Shown: positions 25,511 to 38,498, counted from the stretch's first letter. The stretch is DNA of 64,000 nucleotides from the human T2T-CHM13v2.0 reference genome, Homo sapiens (GCF_009914755.1 NC_060931.1); one strand, 5' to 3'. Notes: generated by a model from the letters alone, not told the origin. Numbers and translations are program-made.

Positions 25511-26134
25511 ATTTGACCTAAGCTGAAGGCAGCAATCCCAGGTGCATCTGTCCCTCCAGTCACAGATAAGTAAGTTCTATCATGTTTCTCAACAAACAAA
25601 TATTCAAATGAAGGAACCCGATATGTTTAGAAAATTTTATATTTAGTCCCACAATCAGTTTGTGACGAGCATATTATTATTTCCATCTTGTGGTTGAGAA
25701 AAGGCTCAGAGGAGATGTTTTTACATTTTTCTCACACAATTAATGAGCAAATTCCCCAGGTGCACTTTTCTTTGGCTTTTAAATGGGGACTCTTTCCTAC
25801 TGTATACACCATGCTTCCTTCCGCAGAAATTTAAATCCCTAAAACCTATTCGCTTCTGAGATGTCAAAAAGCTATAAAAAATTCAATTGTTTCTTCATAA
25901 TTTGTACAGAGAAACAGGTACCAAAAGATTGCAAAAATTGTCAGAAGTACTATGTGTATCAATGATGATGCTCATTCAGTTCTCAATCCAGTATTCATGA
26001 AAGTGTTTAAATGATACAGCACTACCTAGAACTTACATTTAATTTGGTTTTGTTTAATTCTTGTGAAAGATATTTAATCTTATCTTTTCTTCAGTAGAAA
26101 TGCAATAAGACAAATGCACTGATGGTATAAAAGC

Positions 26135-26158
26135 AAAAAAAAAAAAAAAAAAAAAAAA
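26135..26158. repeat. Poly(A)24 tract
   Basis: Seen directly. Confidence 0.9.
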
Positions 26159-26799
26159 CAGCATTTAAAAATAAATTCAAAGACCTGTCCATACAAGAAC
26201 AGGTGTTAAATTAGCCACAAGAAAACTCTCATGTTACTTCCCGAATGTAATACTATAGAATTACAGGGAATGCATCATTAAAAAGGGAAAAGCTTTTTAA
26301 ACTCCTGTTCTCCAGTCTAAATTAATAGCTTCTATGTTTATTGGTTCCCAGAAGGAAACAAGCTGGGTTTGTTTACTCCTGCATATGAATAATCATGTCC
26401 ATCATGTCCCATTGGAGGAAAACATACAAAAATGATTAATGTTCCTGGTTATAAGAAGTAAACAGAATGCACAGTCAGAGGTAAGGAGGGAGGGAGGCTT
26501 GAAATGGAACACAAGTAATGGAATTTGCTCTAGGAAATTTCGATCTGCTGGTAGGGCCCCCCAGGAGACAATAATCCAAGTGCAAAGTTCAATTCAATAC
26601 AAGAAAGACATAACCCCTACTCTGTGCCAACCAGCATAGAATAAGAAATATATTCCTGCCTTACGGTGTTTAAGGTCTCACACCAATCCCAATGCAGTAC
26701 AAAGATTTCTACATTTGGAGAGAAAGGATACAGGAAAGTGGGAAACGGAAGAAGTAATTGTCAAGATAAGATGACCTTTACATGGATCTTACGTAAAAA

Positions 26800-27010
26800 C
26801 ACTTAACATTCGCAAATCTTATTAAGCACGTTAAACTAGAGCAACCAGTGATTTAAATACACATAATCTTCATAAAAACCCTATGAGATATTATTGCCCA
26901 TATTTTCCAGATAAGAGCACTGAGGTTGGAGCAGTTATGTGCCCGAAGCTTAGGTCTGTGTCTACCGTGAAGGGCCATTTGACACGCAAAGCCAATCCCC
27001 TAAGCCCTGT
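26800..27010 (-). mobile_element. MIR
   Basis: taatcttcataaaaaccctatgagatattattgcccatattttccagataagagcactgagg. Confidence 0.7.
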
Positions 27011-27239
27011 GGTTATCATCTTCTCTGAAAGGAGTAGGGGGACTCAAGGCTCAGGAAAATCACAGCAGGAATGCAGGCTGGCAGGGAAACAACATGAGCT
27101 GATGAGGCATGCTCAGGAGCCACCAGCCTGTGGGAGTCACTGCGGAAAAATCACCAGTGGGGAGAGGGGAAGCAAAGGATCAGAAGAGACAAGACCCTGG
27201 AAAGTGCTGCAAAGAATTTCTAACAGTCTAAGGTCACTG

Positions 27240-27621
27240 CATAGCAAACAATCTCAAATGTCACTGGCACACAAAACTCAGTAATTATGTCTTGTTTGCA
27301 TATTAGTGGATAAGCCAGGATGACTCTCCTCCATGTGTCCTTCAACCTTCATGCAGGACCAGCTGCTACTGCAGAATGTCCTTCCCATGGCAGTGGCAGA
27401 AGGATGAGGGAGCTCTCCCAACTGCACAAGCACAAGGGAAGCCCCTGCTTGTGCCAAGTCAGCTGTTAACCCAACGGCCAAATCAAGTCACAAGGCACAG
27501 CCCAGTGTCAAGGGGTGAGTGAGTACACTTTGCTTTTGTGGTAGGAATACCGCAGCAAAGAGGCAGAGGGTATGATACAGTGAGGGGTGAAGAACAGGGG
27601 CCAATCATCCAACTTACCACA
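27240..27621 (-). mobile_element. MLT1H/J-like MaLR LTR
   Basis: Ends gatacagtgaggggtgaagaacaggggccaat...taccaca, the reverse complement of the MLT1 5' end. Confidence 0.6.
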
Positions 27622-29797
27622 GCATTAAAAGAATTTAACAACAGGTAGCTTCTGGGGAACCACTGACAGCTTTTACTCAGGGGATCAAAACCGTCAGATT
27701 AGTTTTGATGGGAGGATAGATTTAGAAGAAGTAAGCTTTTGGGATGCATAGTTAGGGAATAACTTTTTTCCTTTCCTAAAAAAATTTATGAAATAGAAAG
27801 TTTCCATTCTGGCTGAGAAGAATAAATAGAATCCATATACTTGACTCAAGCAGATGACTTCTGTGATTTGGTACTGAAGATTTGTCAAACTCCGGGAAAT
27901 TTGTGAGTCTATAAATGTTCCTGTAGTTTTTACACATGTGTGTTCAAAGAAAAAGAAACCAAAAAGGCACTAGGATCAGATTTCAAACTTGCTCAAAGTT
28001 AATCAATATGATTATATCTTTGTAAATGTTTTTTCACTGTAATCAAATGAACAACTGTTTAAATAACCACCTGCCTAATTTTTATTTAATATACACATTT
28101 TCATTCAATAAAAATGTGAAATCCTATTGTTGTTTTTAAACTGACACAAGTATTTTTACAGCTCTGTACCAAGCTTGTCTCACATTGTAGCATGCTTCAT
28201 TACCAAACTATGTTTGAGTTTGCCTGTTGGAAAATGGGCTGTTATCATTGTATAACGGGACTTTGTAGTTATGTAGATTGGAACATGTATCTCTTCTGAG
28301 CTTCCTTTTTTTTATTTTTTATTTTTTTGCTTTTAAGAGAAAAATACTAATACCTACATAATAAGGAAGTTGTGGGTTCTAAAGAAAGAGTATAGTAGGC
28401 ATCATGCCTTTCAATACATGGGAACCATGAATATTACTATTGTGTGGCACCACCTTGTTAAAGTGGGCACACAGTTGCGACACATCGAAGGCTTCTCCAC
28501 ATAGGCATGAGCCACTATCAATCCTTTTGAAAACACAACAATCAGGAAGAAAATTGGATTGTTTCTTAAGAATCAGTGACTCAAGGAATAGGTTTTTAAA
28601 AAGCTACAGCGTTTTCTCCTTGTTCAGTTTGTATATAGCTCTGCACTGTGAAGACTGAAAGTTATTACTACCTCATGACCTGCAATAAAGAAGCTGGGAG
28701 CCCTGATCAGTGCTGTGGAGACATGTTTCTAGCCCAGTCAGATGAATGTTCTTAATTGCCATCCATCTTCACATACCCTGAGACAGGTTAAGAAGCCGCT
28801 GACTGTATGATGTGAGATCCCTGGCTTCTTCTTGCAGGGCATTGAGGAAGAAGGAGGGGAGAAAGAAGGGAGAGGCCACACATCTACTTTTCTGCTTCAC
28901 CCCCTTCTTGTAATAGAGTAGATTAAGCATCTCCATCCAGAACATCATCAGTTTAGGTAAACATAAACTTGGCATTAGATTCGTATTATGCTTAAGAAGA
29001 GTCCATGCTAATAAATGCAGCTCACATCTGGCAAAGATTTTGTCACATACATTTTCATGCTGTGTATGCTATAACCTTTTATATTCCTTCCAAAATTAAA
29101 GCCTAAAACACCTAATCATCCATTAAGCATAAAGAAGCAGAATCAGTGTATTTGGATGTAATTTGGATGTAATTTCTTAAGCACAAGAGTCTTATATTTC
29201 TCCCAAGCTCTTGCATTAAATGTTAAGGCAAATCTTCTAGTTGTATATGCTTTAAAACTATGTGGGAAAAATATGTCAAATTTTTAAACTACATTGGAGA
29301 AAAACACAATATGTTGTTCAGATTTGTCCTAAAAAAGTATTATGGATGTGAATATTTGGGCAATATGTTTATCATTTTTTCAAGTGGACAAAAGCCAGGA
29401 TGATTAGCAAATTTATTGAATGCCAGCATCTCAACCGACCTAAGAAGCAGTGACAAAGATAGCAGAATGAAAACTAACAAGGATAAAATTTCCTCCACTA
29501 GTTTGGTAGGTGCGGAGAACTAGTTGTTTTTTTTTTTTCTTCCTTGTACCTATTTGAAAAAACTATTTTTAAGTTTCTCACACCTAGACCTACAATAAAG
29601 GACACAAGAAAGGGATTAGATACAGGCAACCCTGGGCCAGGACCACTGGAGGCTGCCCATGTGGCACATTGCTAGAGGGCTTTAGGGTAGCAGGCCAAGG
29701 GGATCTAACGCATGCATAGTGTGTCCAAGATATGTTCAACAGGAAGTCAAGGAATGTGCCAGGAGCCTGCAGGTAGAGCAGTAAGATAGTCACAAAA

Positions 29798-30079
<282 letters not shown>

Positions 30080-30249
30080 TCAATAAACTGTGGTGCCAAA
30101 GCTGGAGACAGGAGGAAACTAATGAGAGGGCATCACAGTGAAGCTGTGGCTCAGGGCAGGTGGCAGGTGCAGGTAGGCCTGTAGGAAGGCATGGCAGACC
30201 CAAGGCCACACTTGCAAACACAGCCTCCATAGTACAGTGCCTGTGTATG

Positions 30250-30530
30250 TGGGCCTTGCACCAAACCAAGGACAAATTCAAAAGATGCTCTGTTCTCCTG
30301 AGTGATTACAAGCAAGCCAATTAGTTTGGGAACCATCATCTAATAGAACCATAAAGTCTTCTAGAAAGACACACATTACAAGTGTACCAACTTCAGTCAT
30401 GGAGATAACATCTCTTTTGGCCTTATTCTATTGGATAAAAGTCCATGCTCAAGAGGAAAATCTAACCAAAGTATGTGAGCCCCAAGAGGCAGGGATCCTT
30501 GCGTACTATCTCAGACTTTGACAGCCACAC
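30250..30530 (-). mobile_element. MLT1 LTR fragment
   Basis: ggccttattctattggataaaa...agaggcagggatccttg....tatctcagacttt..cagccaca. Confidence 0.5.
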
Positions 30531-30892
30531 TGGTCTTTCTTAGAAAGAAGTAGGAAAGGAAATGTTAAAACAGTCAAACAAAAACCAAAATTCTAGCTAC
30601 GTTCTTCTTAACCATTAACTTGTTTCACAGCTATAACTTGTGCTTCATGATTTATGAGGCTAATTTAATCTCTTGCCTGTTTCAAACTTTATTACAAAAC
30701 TCTCAGGCATAAGAGAGTTTATAATCTTTCCTTTTTCAGGGATGGTGGGTGACGTAAACAGAAACATCAAGACTTTACCCTGGGCCATCAGGGTATGAAA
30801 ACAGGAGGCTGAGGCACATGCCTGCAATCTCTGGCCAATGCTACTCTGTCTATTCAGTTCATGCTAAAAAAGATCTCTCTACTATTATGACT

Positions 30893-31430
30893 TAGACCCA
30901 GCAATCCCATTACTGGGTATATACCCAAAGGATTATAAATCATGCTACTATAAAGACACATGCACACATATGTTTATTGTGGCACTATTCACAATAGCAA
31001 ACACTTGGAACGAACCCATATGTCCCTCAATGATAGACTGGATTAAGAATATGTGGCACATATACACCATGGAATACTATGCAGCCATAAAAAGATGAGT
31101 TCATGTCCTTTGCAGGGACATGGATCCAGCTGGAAACCATCATTCTGAGCAAACTGTCACAAGGACAGAAAACCAAACACCACATGTTCTTACTCATAGG
31201 TGGGAATTGAACAATGAGATCACTTGGACACAGGGCGGGGAACATCACACACTGGTGCCTGTCAGGAGGTGGGGAGCTGGGGGAGGGATAGCATTAGAAG
31301 AAATATGTAAATGATGAGTTGATGGCTGCAGCAAACCAACATGGCACAGGTATACATATGTATCAAATCTGCATGTTGTGCAGATTTATTATAACTTAAA
31401 GTATAATAAAATAAACAAATAAATAAAAAA
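30893..31430 (+). mobile_element. L1PA (L1PA7-like) 3' end, 5' truncated
   Basis: gacccagcaatcccattactgggtatatacccaaaggattataaatcatgc through acttaaagtataataaa. Confidence 0.95.
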
Positions 31431-31436
31431 GAATAG

Positions 31437-31504
31437 CACATACAATTATGTACAGTACATAATACTTGACAATAATAAGCGATTATGTTATAGGTTTATG
31501 AAAA
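31437..31504 (+). mobile_element. Short Tigger3-derived insert with poly(A) and TSD
   Basis: cacatacaattatgtacagtacataatacttga...ttatgtta.aggtttatg is homologous to the reverse complement of Tigger3 60868-60935. Flanked by AAAAAAGAATAG repeats. Confidence 0.75.
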
Positions 31505-33099
31505 AAAAAAGAATAGACTGCCATGGGGGACAGAGGGTTACTCATTACTGGAAGTTTCAAGCAAAGGCAGAACAGCTAGCTGTTTAGGATACTGGAAAAG
31601 GATGAAGTGCTTATACTATGTGAATTTTTGATGTCTCATTTCTAATGTAGACAACTGGCAAGCACATTAGCACGGCTGGAACACCTAGTATTTGCTAGAC
31701 ACTATTAGAGATACTTTACCCAGGCGAACGGTGGTGGTGGAGGTTTTAATTAAATAATGACACAATTCAATAGTGCCTCCATTTTACAGGAAAAAGAAAG
31801 AAGATTCAGAAAGAAAAAGAAACTTTTCTGAGATTCCATATCTAAAGAATGTCCTGGGATTTAACCAGAGCCGGTCAGGATTTTTATTATATTTCATAGG
31901 AGGGTTTGTTTGTTTTGCTTCATTACACAATACTACCTTACAGCCCTCGTACATGAGAAATGATTCCACATGATCAGAATACGAATTTGATTTAGTTTGG
32001 CCTTTTTCACGAGTGACTAATCACATCACCCTATGATTCAGAAGGCACAGCAAATGAGGAAACAGTTTCTGTGGAATCATCTCATCCCAGGAGCTGGGCT
32101 GGAGGGGAATGAGAAAAAGCAAAAACTATAAAAACAGCTTTGAAGGTGGAAATAAAAAATACACTCCTAAACAGGAATGGTATTTTTTCCTGGCTCCCAA
32201 ATCTTTTTCAGTCAAGAAAATGGTAACTTGACAGGGGTTGAGATGAGAAATGTGAGAAATAAAGGGAAGCAGGGGTGGGGAGTATGGAAGATTGCCAAAA
32301 ATCTAGATTCCCCAGAATCAACGAAGTATCTCTACTCAACTCTTCAAATTCCCTGGCTTACCTGAAGACAGAACTTAACTTTCTTAGAAGTATGCTGTTA
32401 CTATGTTGCTTGGAAAGGCTTTAAAGATTCCCTAAATCTTCCCTATGATGTTTTTGATTTCTGGAGGAATCAAGAATGAAGAGAAAAAATAAAGTAACAA
32501 AGGAAAAAAAAAGATCTAAGCTAGACAATAATCTCCTTTTAGCTACTGTCATTAAAAAAATGCCAACCATTAGGAATGAGGAGACTGCAAAGAGGGTGGT
32601 CAACAGTTGTGAAGACAGAGGGCACAGAAGGTGAGGCTGGCAGAAGTCAAACTTCAGGAGAGCAGTGGGACAGAACCTCATTTTTGATCTCCAAATTCCA
32701 GTCTAGAATTATACATAGTCTTTCAGCCACCTTTTCAGTTGATGTGTGTGACGTGATTTTATGTGTTAGACATTGTTCTAAAGGCTGGTATCAGATTTAC
32801 AACACTGTTGTCTTCAAGAGACCCAGGACTGAAGAAGAGGGCAGGCTGATTAGCAGACGGACAAACCCAGTGTTCTAAGCAATGCAACAGTGGGGTACTA
32901 CCTAGGGTGATACAGGAGTAAGGAGAAGGGTCTGAGCTCCTCATGTGGTGGGTCAGGGGTTAAAATAAAGAGTTTGTATTAACCAAGCAATTAATCCCAT
33001 AATGTTAACCTTCTTAGCCATATTCAGTAAAAACAATTATGTTAATTGGGCCAGAATTACATTTTACATCGAACAAGGGACTAAGTCCCTTAGCTAAGG

Positions 33100-33330
33100 A
33101 AATTGTTTCTGCAGGCATACTGCCTGGGTGGGAATCTCAACTCCAACATTTACTGTCTATGGAACCTTGCACAAACTATTTAAATTCTCTGATCCTCAGT
33201 TTTCTCAACAGTGAAAGGGGCATATCAATAGTCTTACCTCATGAAATTTTTATGAAGACAACAAAAGGAACATGTTTATCATGGTACCTGAAATATATCA
33301 TGCCTTATATGAATGTTGGCAATTATTTTC
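33100..33330 (+). mobile_element. MIR
   Basis: tgcctgggtgggaatctcaactccaacatttact...ctctgatcctcagttttctcaacagtgaaaggg. Confidence 0.75.
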
Positions 33331-33342
33331 ATTATAAATTAG

Positions 33343-33749
33343 TGTCTTAGTCTGATTGTGTTTTATAAAGGAATATCTAAGGCTGGGTAATTTATGGAGA
33401 AAAGATGTTTCTTTGGCTCACAGTTCTGCAGGCTGTACAAGAAGCATGGTGCCAGCATCTGTGTCAGTGAGGGCCTCAGGCTGCTTCCACTCATGGTAGA
33501 AGGTGAAGGGGAGCTGGCATGCTGAGAGATCACATGTCAAGAGAGGAAGCAAGAGAGAGGGAGTGGGGTGAAAGGCCCTATTTAACAACCAGCTCTCACA
33601 AGAGCTAACGGACCTAATAGTTGATAACTCATTTTGTGAAGATGGCACCAAGCCATTCATGACAAATCTGTCCCTAAGTCTCCAACACCTACCCTGGAGA
33701 TCAAATTTCAACATGAGATTTGGAGGGGACAAACATCTGTGCCATAGCT
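33343..33749 (-). mobile_element. MSTB solo LTR
   Basis: Antisense MST sequence. 5-bp TSD ATTAG (33338-33342, 33750-33754). Confidence 0.92.
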
Positions 33750-34534
33750 ATTAGACACTAAGACTTGAATTTCTTCTCTCCATTGAAGGTTTGTAAGCCT
33801 CATAATGTTCTGGATAGAAATCTCCTTCATAGAGTGAATGGATCAAGATGATGGAGGCAGGAGCTCTAGGTTCAGAATATGTTGTCTTTGGAGACGACAG
33901 CAGTGCTGGACTTCTTCTGGCTCAATTGCAGAAGATTGATTTTTTTTAAGGACTCATTCCTGGTATAGGTACAAACATTATTTTGGAACTTCTTGGCCTG
34001 CTGGGCTACAGATTGAAGAAACTGTACATATTTCTCAGACGAGCCAATAACAGCATTAATATATGTGTGAAAAAACCCAAGTCTTTCATACTATAGTGTC
34101 TCTAGAAAAGAAAATAGGCTGAGCAAAAAATGTGTGAATTTTAAGACGTTCAACACCATGAACACTGGATCTGCAGTATCCTTGCATTGCTCATGGTCTA
34201 GCAATATTCTTGCATTGCTCATGGTCTAGCAAAACCACTGACACCCATAGCAAGCAATTGCCCATTCTTCCAGCTTCTCACTCTGTTATTTACAATCTTG
34301 TTTATAATCTGACCTCACCACCTCAGTCATTATGCTCTATGACACTTTCCTGGTCACTTTCATTGCTTCTGTCCTTAACAGAAGCTTTAGGTGACCCTTC
34401 TGTCTACATGTCAGAGTGAACAACCCATCCCATGTCTAGAGGCCTTGGCAAGTGACCTGTCAAGAACAAACCCCTTCTAGACGTGTTCTATTACAGCAAG
34501 CAATTCTAAGATTTTCCAAGTGTGTTCATCAGCA

Positions 34535-34689
34535 AGAATAGCTGCACAATCTATGAGGCCTAGTGCAAAATGAAATTGAAGGTTCTTTTTTCAATACTGC
34601 AATAGCTGAGCAGTAAAGCAAGCACGAGCCCTTCCTAGGCCAGGTCCCTGAGCAATTGCCTAGGTTACACACCCATGAACCCAGCCCTG
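34535..34689 (-). mobile_element. MER45A (hAT-Tip100 MITE)
   Basis: ggcc.agtgcaaaatgaaa...gcagtaaagcaagcacg.gcccttc...cacacccatgaacccagccctg. Confidence 0.75.
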
Positions 34690-35173
34690 TCAGTTAGGGC
34701 CCAACCAGGAAACCAGAAGCCACCTTAAGTACTCGAAATGAAGAGAACTGAATTCAGGGAGTTGGTTACTCAGGTTATGAAAATGCTAAGAAGACTAAGA
34801 AACACAGTGAAGCATGCCAGAAATGGGCAATATCAGGAAGCCATCGTTTTCAACCCTTAGACCAGAAGGACACAAGCAGTAGGCTTTTCTGAAGCCCAGC
34901 AGCTAGAGTCATCCCACAAAAACCGGAATTCCAAAGTGTCTGTCTGCCGGAAGCTGCAAACATAGACAAGATATTGCTATTGCCTATGATACTGCTCTCT
35001 CTTCCTTCCTCCTGTCCTCTAGTATCCCCCAATGCCTCCTAACTGACTGACTCAGACAGGAGGCAGTTGACACAGAATCCTTCACACTCAGCCTGTAGGA
35101 ATCAGCCCTTCTGCAAGACCAAGCAGAGGAGGAGAAAGATGAAGAGTGGTCTGAACGAGGCAAGCTCAGCACA
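34690..35173 (-). mobile_element. ERVL LTR (LTR33-like), 3' LTR of the adjacent provirus remnant
   Basis: Minus strand starts TGTGCTG...cagaccactcttcatctttctcc just after a PPT-like gtagcaaagtatatgggc. The other end reads tgtcagttagggcccaaccaggaaaccaga. Confidence 0.6.
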
Positions 35174-36668
35174 GCCCATATACTTTGCTACCCACTTCTT
35201 GCTCTCGCCAATTTGCCTGTACTTAAAATTGTTCTTCTCTGTGTCACAAGCGAACAGTTGCATAAATGAAGACACGTTCACACCTTCCCCAAACAAGACA
35301 AGCCCCCTTGCTCATCGTATCCACTTCACACCCAGTGTCCCACGGATCTACAATTCCCCGCTTGAGGTGTGGATATGACTCTATGTGGTCTGATAATCTT
35401 TGAACTAAATAGCAGCAACACTCCTCATATGCAGGAGTGCAAAGGAAATGTTTGGCTATTGCATATACAACAGAAATATGTAATTGTCTCAGTCCCCTTT
35501 TCTGTAACTAGTAAAGAGGGAGCAATTAATATTTATTACTTCTGTCACCCACACCCATTCCAGGTTACTCTTGCCCTCAATTAGCACTTCCCTGATTTGT
35601 GTTCTTCACCTGGTAGGGTCCCTTAATGGTCCTCACTTTACTGAGTCATGAAGTCTTCCATTGATTTTTACCATTGAACCTGGAATTACTGAGAGGCACT
35701 CTAGAGAATTCCCTAGTTTCCAGATCTAATCACTACTGTCATTGTGAATAGCAATCCAATTTACCCTATTTAATATAATAACCGGGATTGATCATTCCAA
35801 ATAGCACAGTAATTTCCTCATGTGCCAAATGATTTACAATCAAGAGGAGACGAAATTAGCCAGGCAGCAGTATCAACTTTCGGCCGAAAGGGGCCAGTGT
35901 TGTATCCACAGGGGGAAGCATTCCTCTCTTGGAAACTAGGATCTCTAGACCAGCAGATTTCAGGATTTTAGGCACATAAAGCAAAACCCCTGCAAAAGTT
36001 ATTTATATCCAGGCCCTAGCTCATTATACGCTCCATCTGATAGAATAGCAATCCATTCTTAAAGGTGGTTCTCTTCCAGTCATAAGCAAGTTATCTGTTG
36101 ACATAACATGGCTTGATCAGACTACTTGCTCCTAGATGATGGGTACATGTCGAGACCAGCATTCGGGGCATATACATGAAATTTGTACCCATTTATAGTC
36201 ACTTGGCGCTTCATGGCAAGTGGCAGTCTCTGCCAGGACTCAATGGCAAGCAAGAAGCTGTCTATTAAAAGGGGTATCATCATCAACAAGAAAGCATGGC
36301 TTTGTTCTAAACCCCCCAGGGTCTGCCTCATGATTTTTATTTCAGGGACGGCCAGGGCCATCCTTATTTACTAGAGACCTCTCCTTGAGCATCATTAAGT
36401 CTACTGGATCTTAGGGCTCAAGTGGAAGGAAGGTTCATATCACAGCCTGGAACTGCTAGAGCTTATTTCAGTCTGGGCCCCACACAAAACTAGCAGGCTT
36501 GTGGATTTTTCTATGGCTTGGTTGGAGAAGTACATTTCCAAAGAGCCCAGGACTGGGATCTGATTAGAGTATATATGCCTCCTGAACAATCTCTTTAGAG
36601 TTTTAAAGGTTTCCAATTTCTTTTGTCTTAGCCCCCACTCACTACAGATACACTTGCATTAAGGCTTA
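35174..36668 (-). mobile_element. ERVL internal remnant (RT connection plus dUTPase, degenerate)
   Basis: From 35957 down translates SAGLEILVSKRGMLPPVDTTLAPFGRKLILLPG*FRLLLIVNHLAHEEITVLFGMINPG (ERVL dUTPase SAGLEVLVP.GG.LPPGDTT). 36200-36540 gives KPASFVWGP and TPFNRQLLAC (ERVL pol). Confidence 0.85.
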
Positions 36669-36670
36669 CC

Positions 36671-36822
36671 AAAAAAAAAAAAAATTTGCTGGACATGGTG
36701 GCACATGCCTGTAGTTCCAAATATTCAGGAGGCTGAGGCAAGAGAATTGCTTGAACCTGGGAGGCGGAGGTTGCAGTGAGCCAAGATCGCGCCACAGTAC
36801 TGAAAAAAAAAAAAAAAAAAAA
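36671..36822 (+). mobile_element. Alu right-arm fragment lacking its last ~30 nt, then poly(A)
   Basis: A-linker, right monomer to ...gatcgcgccacagtactg, then A20. Confidence 0.9.
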
Positions 36823-36991
36823 GGAATTTACGCTATTGTCTCTAACCTTAATCCATTACCACTTGAATCACTCTAGCCTCCTCCTCCCCTTGTTGATCTG
36901 TAATTCCAGCTCCAACAATGAAAAACCTGGATCCAACCATCTATCACCCATTTACTTAGGTATCTGACTCCAGCATACATGCATAACAATA

Positions 36992-37309
36992 CAGATGCTC
37001 CTCAACTTACCATGGTATTACATCCTGATAAACCCATCATAAATTGGAAATATCACGTTAAAAATGCATTTAATACACCTAACTTACCAAACATCATAGC
37101 TTACTTTTGCCTACCTTAAACATGCTCAGAACATTTACATTAGCCTATAGTTAAGCAAAATCATCTAACACAAAGCCTATTCTATAATAGTAAAAATAAA
37201 CATAAGAGACCAAAATTCAAAGCATGCTTTGTACTCAATGTGTACTGCTTTCACACACTATAAAGTCCAAAAATCATTAGCCAAACCATCATAAGTCAGG
37301 GTCCATCTG
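36992..37309 (+). mobile_element. MER47/Tigger5-family MITE
   Basis: TIRs cagatgctcctcaacttaccatgg and ccatcataagtcagggtccatctg. TA TSD on both sides. Confidence 0.9.
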
Positions 37310-38079
37310 TATGAGAATGATTAACTCATATCCCAGTAGCAAACACCTTAACAACTAGAGTGCAATGCTTATATAAAATTACTTTTGCCTTTAGTCTTAC
37401 AGACTGCATTCATTTTTGGCTTAGCATCTTATTCATCTATCATCTTCAGTGGGATGTTTTCATGCATTTGTAATCAAGTTAGATGATTTTTTCACATTCT
37501 GCATTCCATCCTGGAATCCTCTGATCTCTTCAGTGATTTTCTTTTTTTTTTTTTTTTTTGTAATTTTCATTCATTAAGGTTAACTCATTGTGCCGTAAAT
37601 TTCTACAGGTTTTCACAAAGTCAATGTCATGTATCCACCATTACAGTAGAATATAGAATAGTTTCACCACCTCAAAAGTCTCCTGGGCTTCACTTACTCA
37701 ACATCCCCCTCCATCCCTGCTTTCCCCAAACCTCTGAAAATGACTGATCTGTTTACTCTGTATATAATTTTGCACTCCATAATGTCATATAATTGAGATC
37801 ATTTAGTATGAAGTTTTTCTTTTACTTAGCAATGTGAATTTACAATTCATTTATGTCTTTTTATAACTTAAGAGCTCATTTTTTCTCTCCTTTTATGCCA
37901 AATAATATTCTATTGCATGGATGTAAAGAAGTATTTTATCCCTTCACCTATTGAAGGACACCTAGATTGCTTCCAGTTTGGGGTGATTATAAAGTTGTTA
38001 TAAGCATTCTCAAGCAAGTTTTTATATGAACATGTGTTCAGAATAATTGGGAAGCTACCTAGGTGTGTAACTGCTGAAT

Positions 38080-38498
38080 TGTTATGGTTTAAATGTCCCC
38101 TCCAAAATTCATGTTGAAACTTAATTTTCAATGTGGCAACATTGAAAGTTTGGGACTTTAAGAGGTGATTGTATTATGAGGGCTCTGCCCTCACGAATGG
38201 ATTAATCCATGAATGTGTTAATGAATGAATGATTTATAATGGGATGAAACTGGTGGCTTTATAAGAAGAGGAAGAGAGACCTGACTTACATGTTAATTCA
38301 CTCAGCCTGTCACCATGGGATTCCCTCCACTACCTTAGTACTCTGCAGAGTCCCCACCAGCAAGAAGGCGCTCACCAGATGCAGCCCCTCAACCTTGGAC
38401 TTCTCAGCCTCTGTAACTGTAAGAAATAAATTTCTCTTCTTTATAAATTACCCAGTTTCAGGCATTCTCTTATAAGCAACAGAATATAGACTAATATA
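38080..38498 (+). mobile_element. MSTB1/MSTB2-like solo LTR
   Basis: tgttatggtttaaatgtcccctccaaaattcatgttgaaactta...aataaatttctcttctttataaattacccag...gactaatata. Confidence 0.9.

Noticed and set aside
24093-25599. Cluster of overlapping GC-rich ORFs
   Set aside because: All lie within the LTR12 and reflect its stop-poor composition.
26135-26158. Poly(A)24 as a solitary retrotransposon tail
   Set aside because: No convincing TSD or upstream element.
26883-27284. 133-aa ORF
   Set aside because: Starts inside a MIR, runs toward an MLT1 fragment, no homology recognised.
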